The notes below the pieces were generated by a model. That model was not told the origin of the DNA, searched no databases, and saw only the letters and a program-made list of their open reading frames with translations. DNA of 61,942 bases, filler included. It is 6 parts of 6 records of this genome, joined end to end, with 100 filler letters (N's around TTAATTAATTAA, not from the genome) between each part and the next. Parts side by side here need not be neighbours in the genome. Positions count along the whole stretch, not along the records: positions 37,870 to 53,359 come from SRR31156797_15056; 5 more parts are not named here. One strand, written 5' to 3'. Numbering within the stretch: position 1 is the stretch's first letter; each line of letters starts with the position of its first letter. Positions 40,313 to 50,486 of this stretch are shown piece after piece. A program made the position numbers and the translations under genes.

Positions 40313-41454
40313 ACGGATTTATAATAGTCGTTATAGAGTATGCACCCGTCATTGAGTTGGGCGACCATCAATTTCGAACAGCCCGAACAGCCTGTACAGT
40401 AATTGACCCTCTCCCCCTTCATCAATTTGGAGGGGAGAAGGGGATCGGCAAAGGACTGGCGCCCCCACCCCGCTAGATCGGTATAGCCCCGGGCTATATT
40501 CTCTTCCGCCAGAGCGACCCCGTCCTCCCTCAGGATGGAGTAGGCCGAACCGATAACCTTCATGTCCTTTACGATCTTCCCGGCCCATCTGGCGTAGCGC
40601 ATCTGATGCAGATAGAGATAGAGGGCCTTGGGGGTGGGCCGGGTTATTTCGCTGGTTGTCCCCGGTATGCCCGCGGAGATATTGATGTAATCCATCCCCA
40701 GGCTCTCTAGAAGCCTGACCACCTGCTCCATCTCCTCCAGATCCTCAATGATCTCATCGGGGCCGGCGGTTCCGCACCCGCCGCGGATACCCTCGTAAAC
40801 AGAGATTCGGGAGCCCAGCAGAAAGCCATCGCTCTTCAGCCTCGACCTGATCTCAAGTATGGATTCGCGCAGGAAGCGCGTTCTGTTCTCAAAGGAACCG
40901 CCCCATCGGTCGTCCCTCACATTTCCGGGGCGAAGCATCTCGCAGCCGAGATAGCCGTGGCACATCTTAAAGTCCACCCCGTCCGCTCCGGCCTCCTCGG
41001 CCAGAAGGGTTCCCTCCACAAAGGACTTTCGGATCTCTTCGATCTCATCCGTCCCGAGGAGGAGCTCATCCTCTGCGGGACTGTAGAGCGCCGTGGGACG
41101 GGAATGGCCCTTTACGGCCTTCCTGCCTGAATGGGTCAGCTGAAAAAGGAATACGCCCTCGGGATTGATCGCCTTGTACTCCCGGACCAGCTCCCTGAAG
41201 CTTTCCAGGTTTTCCCGGTTCAGAACCATCTGGTTCACGCGGGCTTTTGAGGAAGGATCGACGGACAGGGCCTCGGCCACCACGATCCCCCAGCCTCCCC
41301 TGGCCAGATTGCGGTAGCGCTCCAGACCTCTCTGTGAAACGGCTCCGCAGGGGGTTCCGTCATTGGCCTCCATGGCCTGAGAGACAAAACGGTTGGTCAG
41401 TTTTTTTCCCCCGACCCCGAGGGGTGAGAAAAGATGGGCATAGCTATGGGACAT
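40291..41454 (-). CDS. NADH:flavin oxidoreductase (OYE family) with C-terminal Fe-S motif
   Basis: NRFVSQAME, QLTHSGR, DFKMCHGYL, RDDRWGGSFENRTRF, C-terminal CTGCSGC-x11-C. Confidence 0.88.
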   Translation of the reverse strand: MSHSYAHLFSPLGVGGKKLTNRFVSQAMEANDGTPCGAVSQRGLERYRNLARGGWGIVVAEALSVDPSSKARVNQMVLNRENLESFRELVREYKAINPEGVFLFQLTHSGRKAVKGHSRPTALYSPAEDELLLGTDEIEEIRKSFVEGTLLAEEAGADGVDFKMCHGYLGCEMLRPGNVRDDRWGGSFENRTRFLRESILEIRSRLKSDGFLLGSRISVYEGIRGGCGTAGPDEIIEDLEEMEQVVRLLESLGMDYINISAGIPGTTSEITRPTPKALYLYLHQMRYARWAGKIVKDMKVIGSAYSILREDGVALAEENIARGYTDLAGWGRQSFADPLLPSKLMKGERVNYCTGCSGCSKLMVAQLNDGCILYNDYYKSVWKNRTI

Positions 41455-41473
41455 GGGCTCCTCCGATCTATTT

Positions 41474-41515
41474 TATTGCATGCAACATTATCAACTCTGA
41501 AGCGCCTTCTGTCAA
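41474..41515 (-). promoter_or_regulatory. sigma70 promoter (TTGACA-N17-GATAAT) overlapped by palindromic operator TATTGCATGCAACA
   Basis: -35 at 41515-41510, -10 at 41492-41487, operator at 41474-41487; upstream of the OYE gene. Confidence 0.7.
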
Positions 41516-41536
41516 GTCATGCCGCCGGGCTGGGAT

Positions 41537-42550
41537 CTACAGCGTCCGGTTCCGAAAGATCGTATCCCCGGGAACGCAGTCTCCCGACAGGATCTCCCGC
41601 AGGGCGTCCGGAGATTTCTCGATGATGCGGGATCTGAGCCAGCCTCCGGCGATCTGCCCCAGTTCGGGTATGGAGAGGCGGACGGTATCGATCCTTCTGT
41701 CCAGCAGAGACTGCAGGGGGGAGTCATCAAATCCGCTCAGCAGGATATCCGAGGGGAAGGAGATCCCTCTGGCCAGTCCCGTCTGGAGAAAGGAGAGGGC
41801 CGCCAGATCATTGAAAGCCAGTACCGCATTGTAGCCACGCTCCGTGACCCACCCCAGCGCTCTGCAGGGAACCTCCGCCAGATCGTTCAGCACAAGGGCG
41901 TCCTCATCGCTGAAGGGGATGCCCTTCTCCCGGAAGAAGGCTTCGGCGGCGGTGAAACGCTCCCCGGAAACACGGGGAAGCTTTCGGAATCCCAGAAAGC
42001 AGGGCCTCAGCCGATCCTCCAGTGTTTCATACATCCTCCCGGCAAGGGACTGTATGCCTCCGGGAATGTCATAACAGACGAAGTTATCCCGCTGGGATCT
42101 CCTGTTCAGAAGCAGAAAGGGAATAGACCTCTGTTTCAGCTCCTTTCTCAATGCGGCCCCGGGGCTGGTAAAGGCGAAGAGGCAGCCGTCGATCTGGCCG
42201 GTCTTCTTACGCTCCAGAAACTCCAGGTTTCCATCGTTCACCCTGGTGATGAAGTTCAATCTCACGTCCCCGAAACCGTCCTGAACGGATTCGATCAGCT
42301 CGGAGATATTGTAGAAAAAGTGGATCAGCTGATTGTCCGTTTCAGGCAGAAAAAGATGAAGATTTATGATGGCCCGGGTGACATGCTTTTTGATCACCCT
42401 CTTCCGATAGCCCAGCCTGTCCGCGCACTCTCTGATCTCACGGGCCCGTTCATCGCTTATGAGTGACGAATTATTCAGTACCCGCGAAACCGTACTGGTC
42501 GAGATACCGAGCTCTTCAGCAATATCATAAACGGTTACCTTCTTAGCCAA
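41537..42550 (-). CDS. LacI family transcriptional regulator
   Basis: VTVYDIAEELGISTSTVSRVLN HTH; AFNDLAA, PSDILLSGFDD. Confidence 0.92.
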   Translation of the reverse strand: MAKKVTVYDIAEELGISTSTVSRVLNNSSLISDERAREIRECADRLGYRKRVIKKHVTRAIINLHLFLPETDNQLIHFFYNISELIESVQDGFGDVRLNFITRVNDGNLEFLERKKTGQIDGCLFAFTSPGAALRKELKQRSIPFLLLNRRSQRDNFVCYDIPGGIQSLAGRMYETLEDRLRPCFLGFRKLPRVSGERFTAAEAFFREKGIPFSDEDALVLNDLAEVPCRALGWVTERGYNAVLAFNDLAALSFLQTGLARGISFPSDILLSGFDDSPLQSLLDRRIDTVRLSIPELGQIAGGWLRSRIIEKSPDALREILSGDCVPGDTIFRNRTL

Positions 42551-42668
42551 AACAAATACCCCGCCCCGAAAAGTCTGTTAGAATGTTCCTGAAATCATAC
42601 CGGCGAAAGCTGAGGATGACAAGCAAGATCCCTCCCAGCGGATCGGGAAAGCCCAGGAATATATTGAC

Positions 42669-42686
42669 ATTGTTGCACGCAACAAT
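42669..42686. promoter_or_regulatory. Palindromic operator between lacI and the SDR gene
   Basis: ATTGTTGC-AC-GCAACAAT, directly after TTGACA (42664-42669); same core as the 41474 and 47972 sites. Confidence 0.7.
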
Positions 42687-42714
42687 TAAGAATAGTATAA
42701 AAAGGGGAATACAT

Positions 42715-43497
42715 ATGAAGAACAGAACCATTCTCGTAACCGGATCAAGCCGCGGCATAGGAAGGGGCATCGCCGTCACCCTGGCGGCCCGGGGATTCGA
42801 CGTTGCCGTCAACTACGCGGGTAATCGCGAAGCGGCGGAAGAGACCCTCAGGCTCTGCCGGGAAGCGTCGGGCTCCGGACAGGGGCGATTCGCCGCCTTC
42901 CGGGGAGATATCAGCAACGGGGGAGACAGGGAAAGGTTACTGAAGGAGGTCGTGAATGAGTTCGGCGATCTGCACGGACTGGTCAACAACGCCGGCGTGG
43001 CACCCGCCCGGCGCCGGGATATCCTGGAGATGGAGGAAGACTCTTTCGACAGGCTGATAGACACCAATCTCAAGGGCAGCTTTTTCCTCAGCCAGGCGGC
43101 CGCGCGGCACTGGCTCTCCCTGCCCCCCGGAGAGAGGGGATTCAGAAGCCTCATCTTCATCACATCCGTATCCTCCGAGATGGTCTCCCTCAACAGGGGA
43201 GAGTACTGCATGGCGAAGGCGGGGCTCTCCATGGCCGTATCCCTTTTCGCCTCCCGCCTTGCCGCCGACGACATCGGGGTCTACGAGATTCGGCCGGGGA
43301 TCATTCAGACGGACATGACCTCCGCCGTCACGGAAAAATACGATGCCCTGATCTCAGACGGCCTGGTCCCCCAGAAACGCTGGGGATACCCGGAGGACAT
43401 AGGCCGCGCCGCCGCCGCACTGATCTCGGGAGAGATGCCCTACTCCACAGGCTCTGTGATCCATGTGGACGGGGCTCTTCATATTCCCTCTCTCTAA
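42715..43497 (+). CDS. Short-chain dehydrogenase/reductase (FabG-like, probably sugar/sugar-acid oxidoreductase)
   Basis: TGSSRGIG, NNAGVAP, YCMAK (YxxxK), EIRPGIIQTDMT; start at ATG 42715 after the AGGGG SD. Confidence 0.9.
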   Translation: MKNRTILVTGSSRGIGRGIAVTLAARGFDVAVNYAGNREAAEETLRLCREASGSGQGRFAAFRGDISNGGDRERLLKEVVNEFGDLHGLVNNAGVAPARRRDILEMEEDSFDRLIDTNLKGSFFLSQAAARHWLSLPPGERGFRSLIFITSVSSEMVSLNRGEYCMAKAGLSMAVSLFASRLAADDIGVYEIRPGIIQTDMTSAVTEKYDALISDGLVPQKRWGYPEDIGRAAAALISGEMPYSTGSVIHVDGALHIPSL

Positions 43498-44672
43498 AGC
43501 AGGGGGACCTCCACTTCCCGGCCCTTGCCTTCGGCTGAGAGGTAGGCCGCATAGACCACGGCGATCGTATCGGCAGCCAGACGGCTGTCCGCCTCGGGGG
43601 CGCTGCCCTCGGCGGCATTCCTATAGAAACACTCCATCTCATTCTGATAGCCTGTGAACCAGTCCTCGTCGGGAGAGGTGCAGGCCCATCCCTCCCGGGT
43701 CCCGATCTTCTCCACCACATAGATGTCATCGAACTGGGCTCCCCTGGGATTATAGGTCTGCATGGCTGTATTGGGATTGATGTTGATCACAGTCCTGTGG
43801 TTGCCCGCATAGACCTCCAGATGGTTGTAGACGCCGCCCATAACGATTTCGCTGGCGAAGATATCGGCGATCGTCCCGTCGGAGAAGGTGATATGGAGGG
43901 CTCCGAAGTCCTCGATATCCTTGTAACCCGTTCTCAGGAAACCGTCGTCCCGAAAGTTATCCATCCGGGTCAGAGAATGGGTGCGGGCCGTGACCGCGGC
44001 CGGACGGATATCCTCCCCCCGGACTCTCCCCTCAACGGATTTGAGGTAGAGAGCCGCCGTCATGGGATGGACGGATTTCCCCATGATGGAACCGCCTCCG
44101 GAGAAGGACCAGTCTCCGTAGAGAGCCGAATGGGAACCGCTGTGGCTCTCCTGCCCGTGGAGCCAGAGGATCTGGCCTCCCGTCTTCTCCAGGACCTCCC
44201 GCTCCTTCTGAACGGCAGGGGCGTAGACCCAGTTTTCAGCATAGAATATCCGGCCATCGCTCTTCGCCTCTGCGTCCCGCAGCCTTCGGATGCTCCCCAT
44301 AGCCTTATCCATACCATAGGAGCGGTCGAAGCTGTCGCCGTCAAAGTTATCCAGCCCTTCTCCGAAGAATCCTGTAAAGGGCTTTTCCACAATCACGTGC
44401 CTTCCCATTTCAAGGGCCTTTACTGCCAGATCCTCATGTGACGAGGGAGGCGTGCAAATATGAAGGACATCGCTTGCCTCGATAAGGGCCTCCGCCGAAT
44501 CAAAGGCTGCGATCCCTCTTTCATCGGCAAAACGGCGGCAGTTTTCGGGATGGGGAGAGTAGGCTCCGACCAGCTCGGCGTTGACGCCGAATACCCGGAT
44601 CAGAGCATCATAGTGAAACCGCGCGGCGAAGCCGCTTCCCAGGATTCCGGCGCGGATTGTTTTCTTAACCAT
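43494..44672 (-). CDS. Gfo/Idh/MocA family oxidoreductase
   Basis: GILGSGFAA, ICTPPSSH, HVIVEKP, YAENWVYAP, SGGGS. Confidence 0.9.
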   Translation of the reverse strand: MVKKTIRAGILGSGFAARFHYDALIRVFGVNAELVGAYSPHPENCRRFADERGIAAFDSAEALIEASDVLHICTPPSSHEDLAVKALEMGRHVIVEKPFTGFFGEGLDNFDGDSFDRSYGMDKAMGSIRRLRDAEAKSDGRIFYAENWVYAPAVQKEREVLEKTGGQILWLHGQESHSGSHSALYGDWSFSGGGSIMGKSVHPMTAALYLKSVEGRVRGEDIRPAAVTARTHSLTRMDNFRDDGFLRTGYKDIEDFGALHITFSDGTIADIFASEIVMGGVYNHLEVYAGNHRTVININPNTAMQTYNPRGAQFDDIYVVEKIGTREGWACTSPDEDWFTGYQNEMECFYRNAAEGSAPEADSRLAADTIAVVYAAYLSAEGKGREVEVPLL

Positions 44673-46194
44673 TGGCAGTCCCTCCGTTTCGTTTGAATTT
44701 GCCGAACAGGGCGTTCTTGCCCCGTATGAACCAGTTCATACGGCCGATGATGGCAAAGACGATCAGGATAATCAGAACCAGACAGATGGGCCTGGAGACA
44801 AAGGGCAGGAAATCACCCTCAGAGATGACCAGAGCGCGTCTCAGATTCTTGTCCAGAATATTGCCCAGTATGATTCCCAGGATCATGGGGGCCACGGGAT
44901 AATCCATCTCACGCATCAGGAAACCGAGCACTCCGAAAAAGATCATTACGCCGATGTCGAAGGTCCGGCTAGCCAGGGCGTAGGAGCCGATGACACAGAG
45001 GGTAAAGATTATGGGTATCAGCTTGGTCCTGGGGACCTGCAGAACCTTGACCAGGGAACGGACCATGGAGAGTCCCAGGATAAACATGGCGCAGGTTGCC
45101 AGGAAGACCATGGCCACGACCTTGTATACGAACTCGGGAGACTCGATCATGATGAGGGGACCCGGCCGGATGCCGTGGATAAACATGGCCGCCAGCAGGA
45201 CGGCTGCGGGGGCCGAACCGGGTATGGCCAGGGACAGAACGGGAATGACCGCACCCGCGGCGGCGGCATTGTTCCCCGTCTCCGAGGCGATAAGCCCTTC
45301 CTTGCTTCCCTTGCCGAATAGATCCTTCTCCCGGCTTCCCCTTTTCGCGAAGTCGTAGCTCACCCAGGCGGCGATATCCTCGCCTACTCCGGGAATGGCT
45401 CCCACGAAGGTACCGATGATCCCCGAACGGATGATGGTCTTCCAGTACTTGAGGATCTGCTTAGGCCGGGGGACGACGTTCCTGATCTCCGTATCTATGA
45501 CCTGGGAGCGGGGATTCTTCATCAGGGTCAGGATCTCGGCCATTCCGAAGGCTCCCACCATGGCGGGAAGCAGACTGATGCCCCCCGAAAGATTGACGTT
45601 ACCGAAGGCGAAGCGGATATGGGCATGGATGCCCTCCATGCCTATCATGGCCACGAAAAGCCCCAGGAAGCCGGCGATCCATCCCTTCAGGGGATCCTTG
45701 GGAGCCGTCAGATTACCGGAAATGATGATTCCGAATATGGCCAACCAGAAAAACTCAAAGGACTGAAAGTCCAGGGCGAAGTTCCCCAGGATAGGCGTAA
45801 AGAGAGCCAGCATGAACATACCGATCACCGAACCGAGGAAGCTTCCGGTGGTTCCGATGCCGATGGCCTCTCCCGCACGGCCCTGCTGGGCCAGGGGATG
45901 GCCGTCCACCGAGGTGGCCGCATTGGCGGGGGTGCCGGGTATATTCAGCAGGATGGCCGAGCGGCTGCCGCCGTAGATGGCGCCTATGTACATGCACATC
46001 AGGATAAGGACCGCGTTATCTGCGGACATCTTATAGGTCAAGGTGGTCATAAGGGCCACGCCCATGGTGGCGGTGAGACCGGGCAGCATTCCAACGATGA
46101 TTCCCAGCTGGGTGCTCCACAGTACATCAAAGAGAATCTTAAGGGAAAGGAATCCCCCAAGGTTCTCCAGAAACATTGATATTCCTTCAAACAT
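44665..46194 (-). CDS. tctA: Tripartite tricarboxylate transporter permease TctA
   Basis: GMLPGL, YGGSRSAILLNIPGTP, ASETGNNA, LAIPGS, HGIRPGP. Confidence 0.95.
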   Translation of the reverse strand: MFEGISMFLENLGGFLSLKILFDVLWSTQLGIIVGMLPGLTATMGVALMTTLTYKMSADNAVLILMCMYIGAIYGGSRSAILLNIPGTPANAATSVDGHPLAQQGRAGEAIGIGTTGSFLGSVIGMFMLALFTPILGNFALDFQSFEFFWLAIFGIIISGNLTAPKDPLKGWIAGFLGLFVAMIGMEGIHAHIRFAFGNVNLSGGISLLPAMVGAFGMAEILTLMKNPRSQVIDTEIRNVVPRPKQILKYWKTIIRSGIIGTFVGAIPGVGEDIAAWVSYDFAKRGSREKDLFGKGSKEGLIASETGNNAAAAGAVIPVLSLAIPGSAPAAVLLAAMFIHGIRPGPLIMIESPEFVYKVVAMVFLATCAMFILGLSMVRSLVKVLQVPRTKLIPIIFTLCVIGSYALASRTFDIGVMIFFGVLGFLMREMDYPVAPMILGIILGNILDKNLRRALVISEGDFLPFVSRPICLVLIILIVFAIIGRMNWFIRGKNALFGKFKRNGGTANG

Positions 46195-46207
46195 AGTCAG
46201 GGACTCC

Positions 46208-46723
46208 TTAGGGCAGATCTACCAGAAACAGGTATTGAAAGGCGGCGCTGACGACGGAAGCGGTGATGAGCGCTTCCGCCAGGGCCACAAGAATTATTCG
46301 TCGTTTACGGCCTTCCACGGCATCAAATTTCAGATCAAAACAGAGAATAAATGAGAATATGAATAGAAATGTCGCCAGGATATAGGGGATGTGCCCCACA
46401 AGCCCCAAAGCATAGACGAGGCAGAGAACGAGGGCGATCGACAGACGCAGGATTCCTTCTGTCCTGAAAAAAGATTTCAGATCGTTCCCGGAAAAACGGG
46501 GCAGAAAATCTCCGTGCTTCAAGGTTCTGACGAACATGATCAGAGAGAGAAAGAGAATGATACCCCCCAGGATCCCCGGTACCACTCCGGGAGCGGTATA
46601 GGGGTTGATCCCCTTCTCTTCCAGACGGGGCATATTAACGGACATCCAGGTAACGCTGATCCCGAAGACCATCAGGACGATGGAGCTGACGAAATCCGCC
46701 TTCTTCATTTGTTTATCGTTCAT
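46208..46723 (-). CDS. tctB: Tripartite tricarboxylate transporter TctB
   Basis: Four TM, APGVVP, C-terminal FQYLFLVDLP; lies between tctC and tctA. Confidence 0.9.
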   Translation of the reverse strand: MNDKQMKKADFVSSIVLMVFGISVTWMSVNMPRLEEKGINPYTAPGVVPGILGGIILFLSLIMFVRTLKHGDFLPRFSGNDLKSFFRTEGILRLSIALVLCLVYALGLVGHIPYILATFLFIFSFILCFDLKFDAVEGRKRRIILVALAEALITASVVSAAFQYLFLVDLP

Positions 46724-46872
46724 AGTTTTTTTAGCTTCCTGTAATAAGAACCTCCCTCACGGTGGACGAAGACCCTCGATTGCTAAGATCGCATAAGCGA
46801 CCGGTCAGAGCCCCGGAATTCGATTCCTCGGCTCCTGTATGATCCCTCCCCATCGGGAGAGGGACCGTCCTG

Positions 46873-47895
46873 TTACGGTTTGGGAATGCCGATGGTGGAA
46901 GGATCGATAACGGCGTCTCCCGATTCGACCTTCAGCCAGGCGCTGATCTGAACCATGGGGAAGGCCTTGTCCACAGCTTCCATGCCATAGCAGGGATCGA
47001 AGACAACCGCATTCTTGGCGGCCCAGTCTTTCAGCTCGTCGGATTTCATAACCACGTCTTCCCAGATCTGATCAAGGGTGTTCGTAACCTCTGCGGGAAC
47101 GCCCTTGGGGACAAAGATACCGAAGTAGATGGGAGCGGACTTGAAATCCTTGATCCAGTTTGTGATAGGGGGAATCTCACCCTTCATGCCGTCTACAACC
47201 AGAGGCTTGTCGGTCATGACGCAGAGCGCCTTCAGCTTACCTGCCTTGAGCATATCCACTTCCTCAACGGAAAGCTGGGGAACCATGTCGGCCTCTCCGC
47301 CCACGGTGGCGATGACGGCGGGATTTCCTCCGTCGTAGGTGACATGGGTATACTCGACGCCAGTGTACTTCCTGATCAGTTCGATAGCGGTATGGCCTGC
47401 GGAGTTCACTCCGGCCGTGGCGACCTTGATCTTGCCGGGATTGGCTTTCATGGCGTCCAGAAGCTCTCCGAAGTCGTTGTAGGGAGAGTCCGCGCTGACG
47501 GCGACCACATTGGGCATGGCCACGTTCAGGTAGAGGTTCCAGTCATCCAGGGTGGTATCGATCATCCCCTGAACCTTATAGACCCCGAGGTCCTTCACGG
47601 CGCCGGAAACCCATTTCATGCCGTCCCTGGGGGCATCCAGAACGGACTGAGTCCCTACGGAACCTGAGGCGCCGGGCTGGTTGACGATAACGATTTTCTG
47701 TCCCAGAGGGCCTTCCACGATACCTGCGGTGGTTCTGGACGATCTGTCGGTAGACCCCCCCGCCCCCCAGGGAACGATTAGATTAACGGGTTTGCCGGGC
47801 TGCCATTCGTAGCCGCCGGAAGCATCCTTCTTCCCTTCGGCGAAGGCTCCGATTGCTATGAAAACCGTCAGTAAGAGAACCAAAGTTTTTTTCAT
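46873..47895 (-). CDS. tctC: Tripartite tricarboxylate transporter substrate-binding protein TctC
   Basis: Signal peptide (...GAFAEG), IVPWGAGGSTD, VNQPGASGSVG, YDGG. Confidence 0.92.
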   Translation of the reverse strand: MKKTLVLLLTVFIAIGAFAEGKKDASGGYEWQPGKPVNLIVPWGAGGSTDRSSRTTAGIVEGPLGQKIVIVNQPGASGSVGTQSVLDAPRDGMKWVSGAVKDLGVYKVQGMIDTTLDDWNLYLNVAMPNVVAVSADSPYNDFGELLDAMKANPGKIKVATAGVNSAGHTAIELIRKYTGVEYTHVTYDGGNPAVIATVGGEADMVPQLSVEEVDMLKAGKLKALCVMTDKPLVVDGMKGEIPPITNWIKDFKSAPIYFGIFVPKGVPAEVTNTLDQIWEDVVMKSDELKDWAAKNAVVFDPCYGMEAVDKAFPMVQISAWLKVESGDAVIDPSTIGIPKP

Positions 47896-47971
47896 CTTAA
47901 AACTCCTTCATTTATTTAAATCCTTTCCGGGACTCCTCCCTCTGGAAAGGATCATTTACAAAAAATCATTT

Positions 47972-48014
47972 TATTGCATGCAATATTATCATTTATAAGC
48001 AAGTGCGCCATCAA
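47972..48014 (-). promoter_or_regulatory. sigma70-like promoter (TTGATG-N18-GATAAT) with perfect operator TATTGCATGCAATA
   Basis: 14-bp palindrome at 47972-47985 abutting the -10 (47990-47985); same layout as the 41474 site. Confidence 0.7.
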
Positions 48015-48044
48015 ATTGACCCCTTGCACGAGAGCGGATCAGGA

Positions 48045-48920
48045 TCAAAATCCCGCATCCTTCAACAGCAAACGACTTCTGCCGGCGTACTCGATGAAGG
48101 TATCCCATCGCTTCTGCTCATCCGACTTCACAGAGTCATCATGGTAGACGACGGCCATATGGGGCTCTATGGAAAACGGACCTCCGTAGGACTTCTCCCG
48201 CAGAAAGGAGAAGATGCCGGGAAGCTGTCCCTCGCCCTCGCCGGGCCAGGTATACTCGACCTTTCCGTCTCCCGTAAATCGGGCGTCCTTGATGTGAACC
48301 ATATCCACCGCCTCATACACGGCCTTTAAAAAATCCAGCCCTTTCTGACGCCCAAAGAGTTCTTTTCCCCTCACATCGGGAGTTCCGGGGGGATTCCCCG
48401 TGTCGAAGATCAGCCTGAACGCGGGAGAATCAATCCTGTCCAGAAGAAAACGCGTATGCTCCAGGCTCTGGCCGCCCCAGGTTTCGCAGTTCTCATGGAG
48501 CAGTACGACTCCCTGATGCTCGGCGACCACGCTCAGCTCCTTCAGCCTCGCCGCCACCGACTTGCCGAAAGGATCATCCGCTGTGAGAAGCCCCTCGGTT
48601 TTATAACTCATAACCCGAATCCCCTTCACAGCGCACAGCCGCATCAGCGCCGCCGCATGCTCCAGCTCACGGATCTCCTCTTCCAGGGGATGGGTCAAAG
48701 GGCGCGACCAGTTGGCTATGGGACTGCCGAAGCTGGCGATTCCTATCCCCGATGCATTCAATCGCTCCTGCAGCGCTTCCATCTCCGCCATTTCAAGATG
48801 GCAGACGTTTTTATCGCCGACGGTCCTCAGGTCGATTTTATCCCATCCGAGAAAGCGGCAGGTCTCCATCTGTTTCTCAAACTCTGAGGAGACCTCATCG
48901 GTAAATCCGGTCAATATCAT
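48045..48920 (-). CDS. Sugar phosphate isomerase/epimerase (xylose isomerase-like TIM barrel)
   Basis: GFTDE, LHENC, FDTGN, HIKD, SIEPH metal ligands. Confidence 0.88.
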   Translation of the reverse strand: MILTGFTDEVSSEFEKQMETCRFLGWDKIDLRTVGDKNVCHLEMAEMEALQERLNASGIGIASFGSPIANWSRPLTHPLEEEIRELEHAAALMRLCAVKGIRVMSYKTEGLLTADDPFGKSVAARLKELSVVAEHQGVVLLHENCETWGGQSLEHTRFLLDRIDSPAFRLIFDTGNPPGTPDVRGKELFGRQKGLDFLKAVYEAVDMVHIKDARFTGDGKVEYTWPGEGEGQLPGIFSFLREKSYGGPFSIEPHMAVVYHDDSVKSDEQKRWDTFIEYAGRSRLLLKDAGF

Positions 48921-50242
48921 ATTCCAGTCCTTGTGTTTCTATTCCTGCTGATTTCTTCCATCCTGTAGCCGTAGCCGGTCCCTGTCAGAGAGGAGAGCTC
49001 CAGGCATCCCCCCCTGCGCCGGAAAAGACCGGGATGCACGGCTGCCTCGGACAGGGACGCTTCAGGACAGTACTGTATGCCGTTGCTTTCCAGATCCCCG
49101 TCGTCACTCATATGAGCCGCAAGCTGAACATGGGCGATATGGGCCAGAGAGGGATTGGTAAGGTCCATGACGGTCACCCTTTTATTCAGAACCCTGGAGA
49201 GGGCGAACATAAGAAGGGATGAGGTCTGCGATTTACAGATCTTAAGGGCGACCCCCGACCATCCCGTCTTGTAATACTCGTAAAGCTCCTCCCAGTTACC
49301 GGCCCCCTCGTCCACAAGCAGATCCTTCTCCCCACTGATGCGGTTAACATCCGCGATGCTGCCGGTCACGCCCGGTGCGACGGGCTGCTCTATATAGCAG
49401 AGACGCTCATAGAAGAGAGGAATCTCGCTTTTCAGACGAACCATAAAGTCAGAAAGCCAGGTCAGATCGGCGCCGGGACCATTGTAATCGAGGGAGTATT
49501 TCATAACGCCCAGGGGATTGGCGATGGAATGGATACGCCTCAGTCGCTCCATATCCCGGTCTTCATCAGAACTGAGCTTTATCTTCAGTCTCTGTATCCC
49601 GCCCTCCCGTATCCAGAGGCCGAGGTCTTTATCGCCGCCCTCAAGAGGATCGCAGGTCCCTACCATATGCCAGACTCCAAGAGACCGTGGCAGGGGACGA
49701 AGGGCATCCCTGAAGCGAAAGGACTTCATCAGCGCAGCGGCAATCGGGTCTTTCCGAAAGAAGTAGTCCGGCCTGACAGGGATCAGCTCGTCGTCGAACA
49801 GATCATAGACACAGCAGTCGCACAGGCGGGCGGCGGCGTCATAGAAGGCGATATCATAGGCCGCATTGATCACCTGCCAGGCCAGAAAGGGGGCGCTCTC
49901 GGATTCAGCCGCGTACAGTTCCTTCAGTACGCCGTCCTGCAGCTCATGGGCCGTCAGCAATGGATGCTCTTCAACGGCCGCAGACAGCCATACCCACTCC
50001 AGCTTTCGGCTGATGATCCTCATGAGAGCTGCGGGGTCGCCCGTGCACCCGGGCCAGAACCAGGGGTAGTTCAGAGGGACCTCCCCCCACCCCGTCTCGA
50101 TCCGTCCGGTAGCCAGATCCTCCATCTGAACCGACACGCGCAGCTTCTCCAGAGCTTCGACCTTCTGCTTTCCGAAAGAGAGAGGGCGAAGAAAGGGAAC
50201 GGGAAGAAAACGCTGTTCGATATGGCATACCTTAAACTTCAC
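48917..50242 (-). CDS. Enolase superfamily (mandelate racemase/MLE-like) enzyme
   Basis: GWGE, KxK (LKIKL), metal ligands LDYN / YIEQP / VDEG, ALKICK. Confidence 0.8.
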   Translation of the reverse strand: MKFKVCHIEQRFLPVPFLRPLSFGKQKVEALEKLRVSVQMEDLATGRIETGWGEVPLNYPWFWPGCTGDPAALMRIISRKLEWVWLSAAVEEHPLLTAHELQDGVLKELYAAESESAPFLAWQVINAAYDIAFYDAAARLCDCCVYDLFDDELIPVRPDYFFRKDPIAAALMKSFRFRDALRPLPRSLGVWHMVGTCDPLEGGDKDLGLWIREGGIQRLKIKLSSDEDRDMERLRRIHSIANPLGVMKYSLDYNGPGADLTWLSDFMVRLKSEIPLFYERLCYIEQPVAPGVTGSIADVNRISGEKDLLVDEGAGNWEELYEYYKTGWSGVALKICKSQTSSLLMFALSRVLNKRVTVMDLTNPSLAHIAHVQLAAHMSDDGDLESNGIQYCPEASLSEAAVHPGLFRRRGGCLELSSLTGTGYGYRMEEISRNRNTRTGI

Positions 50243-50486
50243 AATCCGTACCTGCCGTCAGTAGTCAGTTCCTGCGCCCCTGGTTTCGGGGCTTTGTCAC
50301 GATTCAATAACATCCTAGCGTTAAGGTCCGGACTTTGTCAAGTTTTTTTACATTCTATATTAATTCTCTGAAAAAAGGCTTCTGTCTTGTATGTACAGAT
50401 CTAAAATATAGCTTTATACTTGACATCACTGATTTACATACAGCTCTTTGTAAATTTATTTTACTTTATACCCAATAGATACGAAT

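Noticed and set aside
38774-40324. 516-aa + strand ORF opposite the flavoprotein (also 41519-42466, 49529-50371)
   Set aside because: Antisense shadows of clearly recognisable genes.
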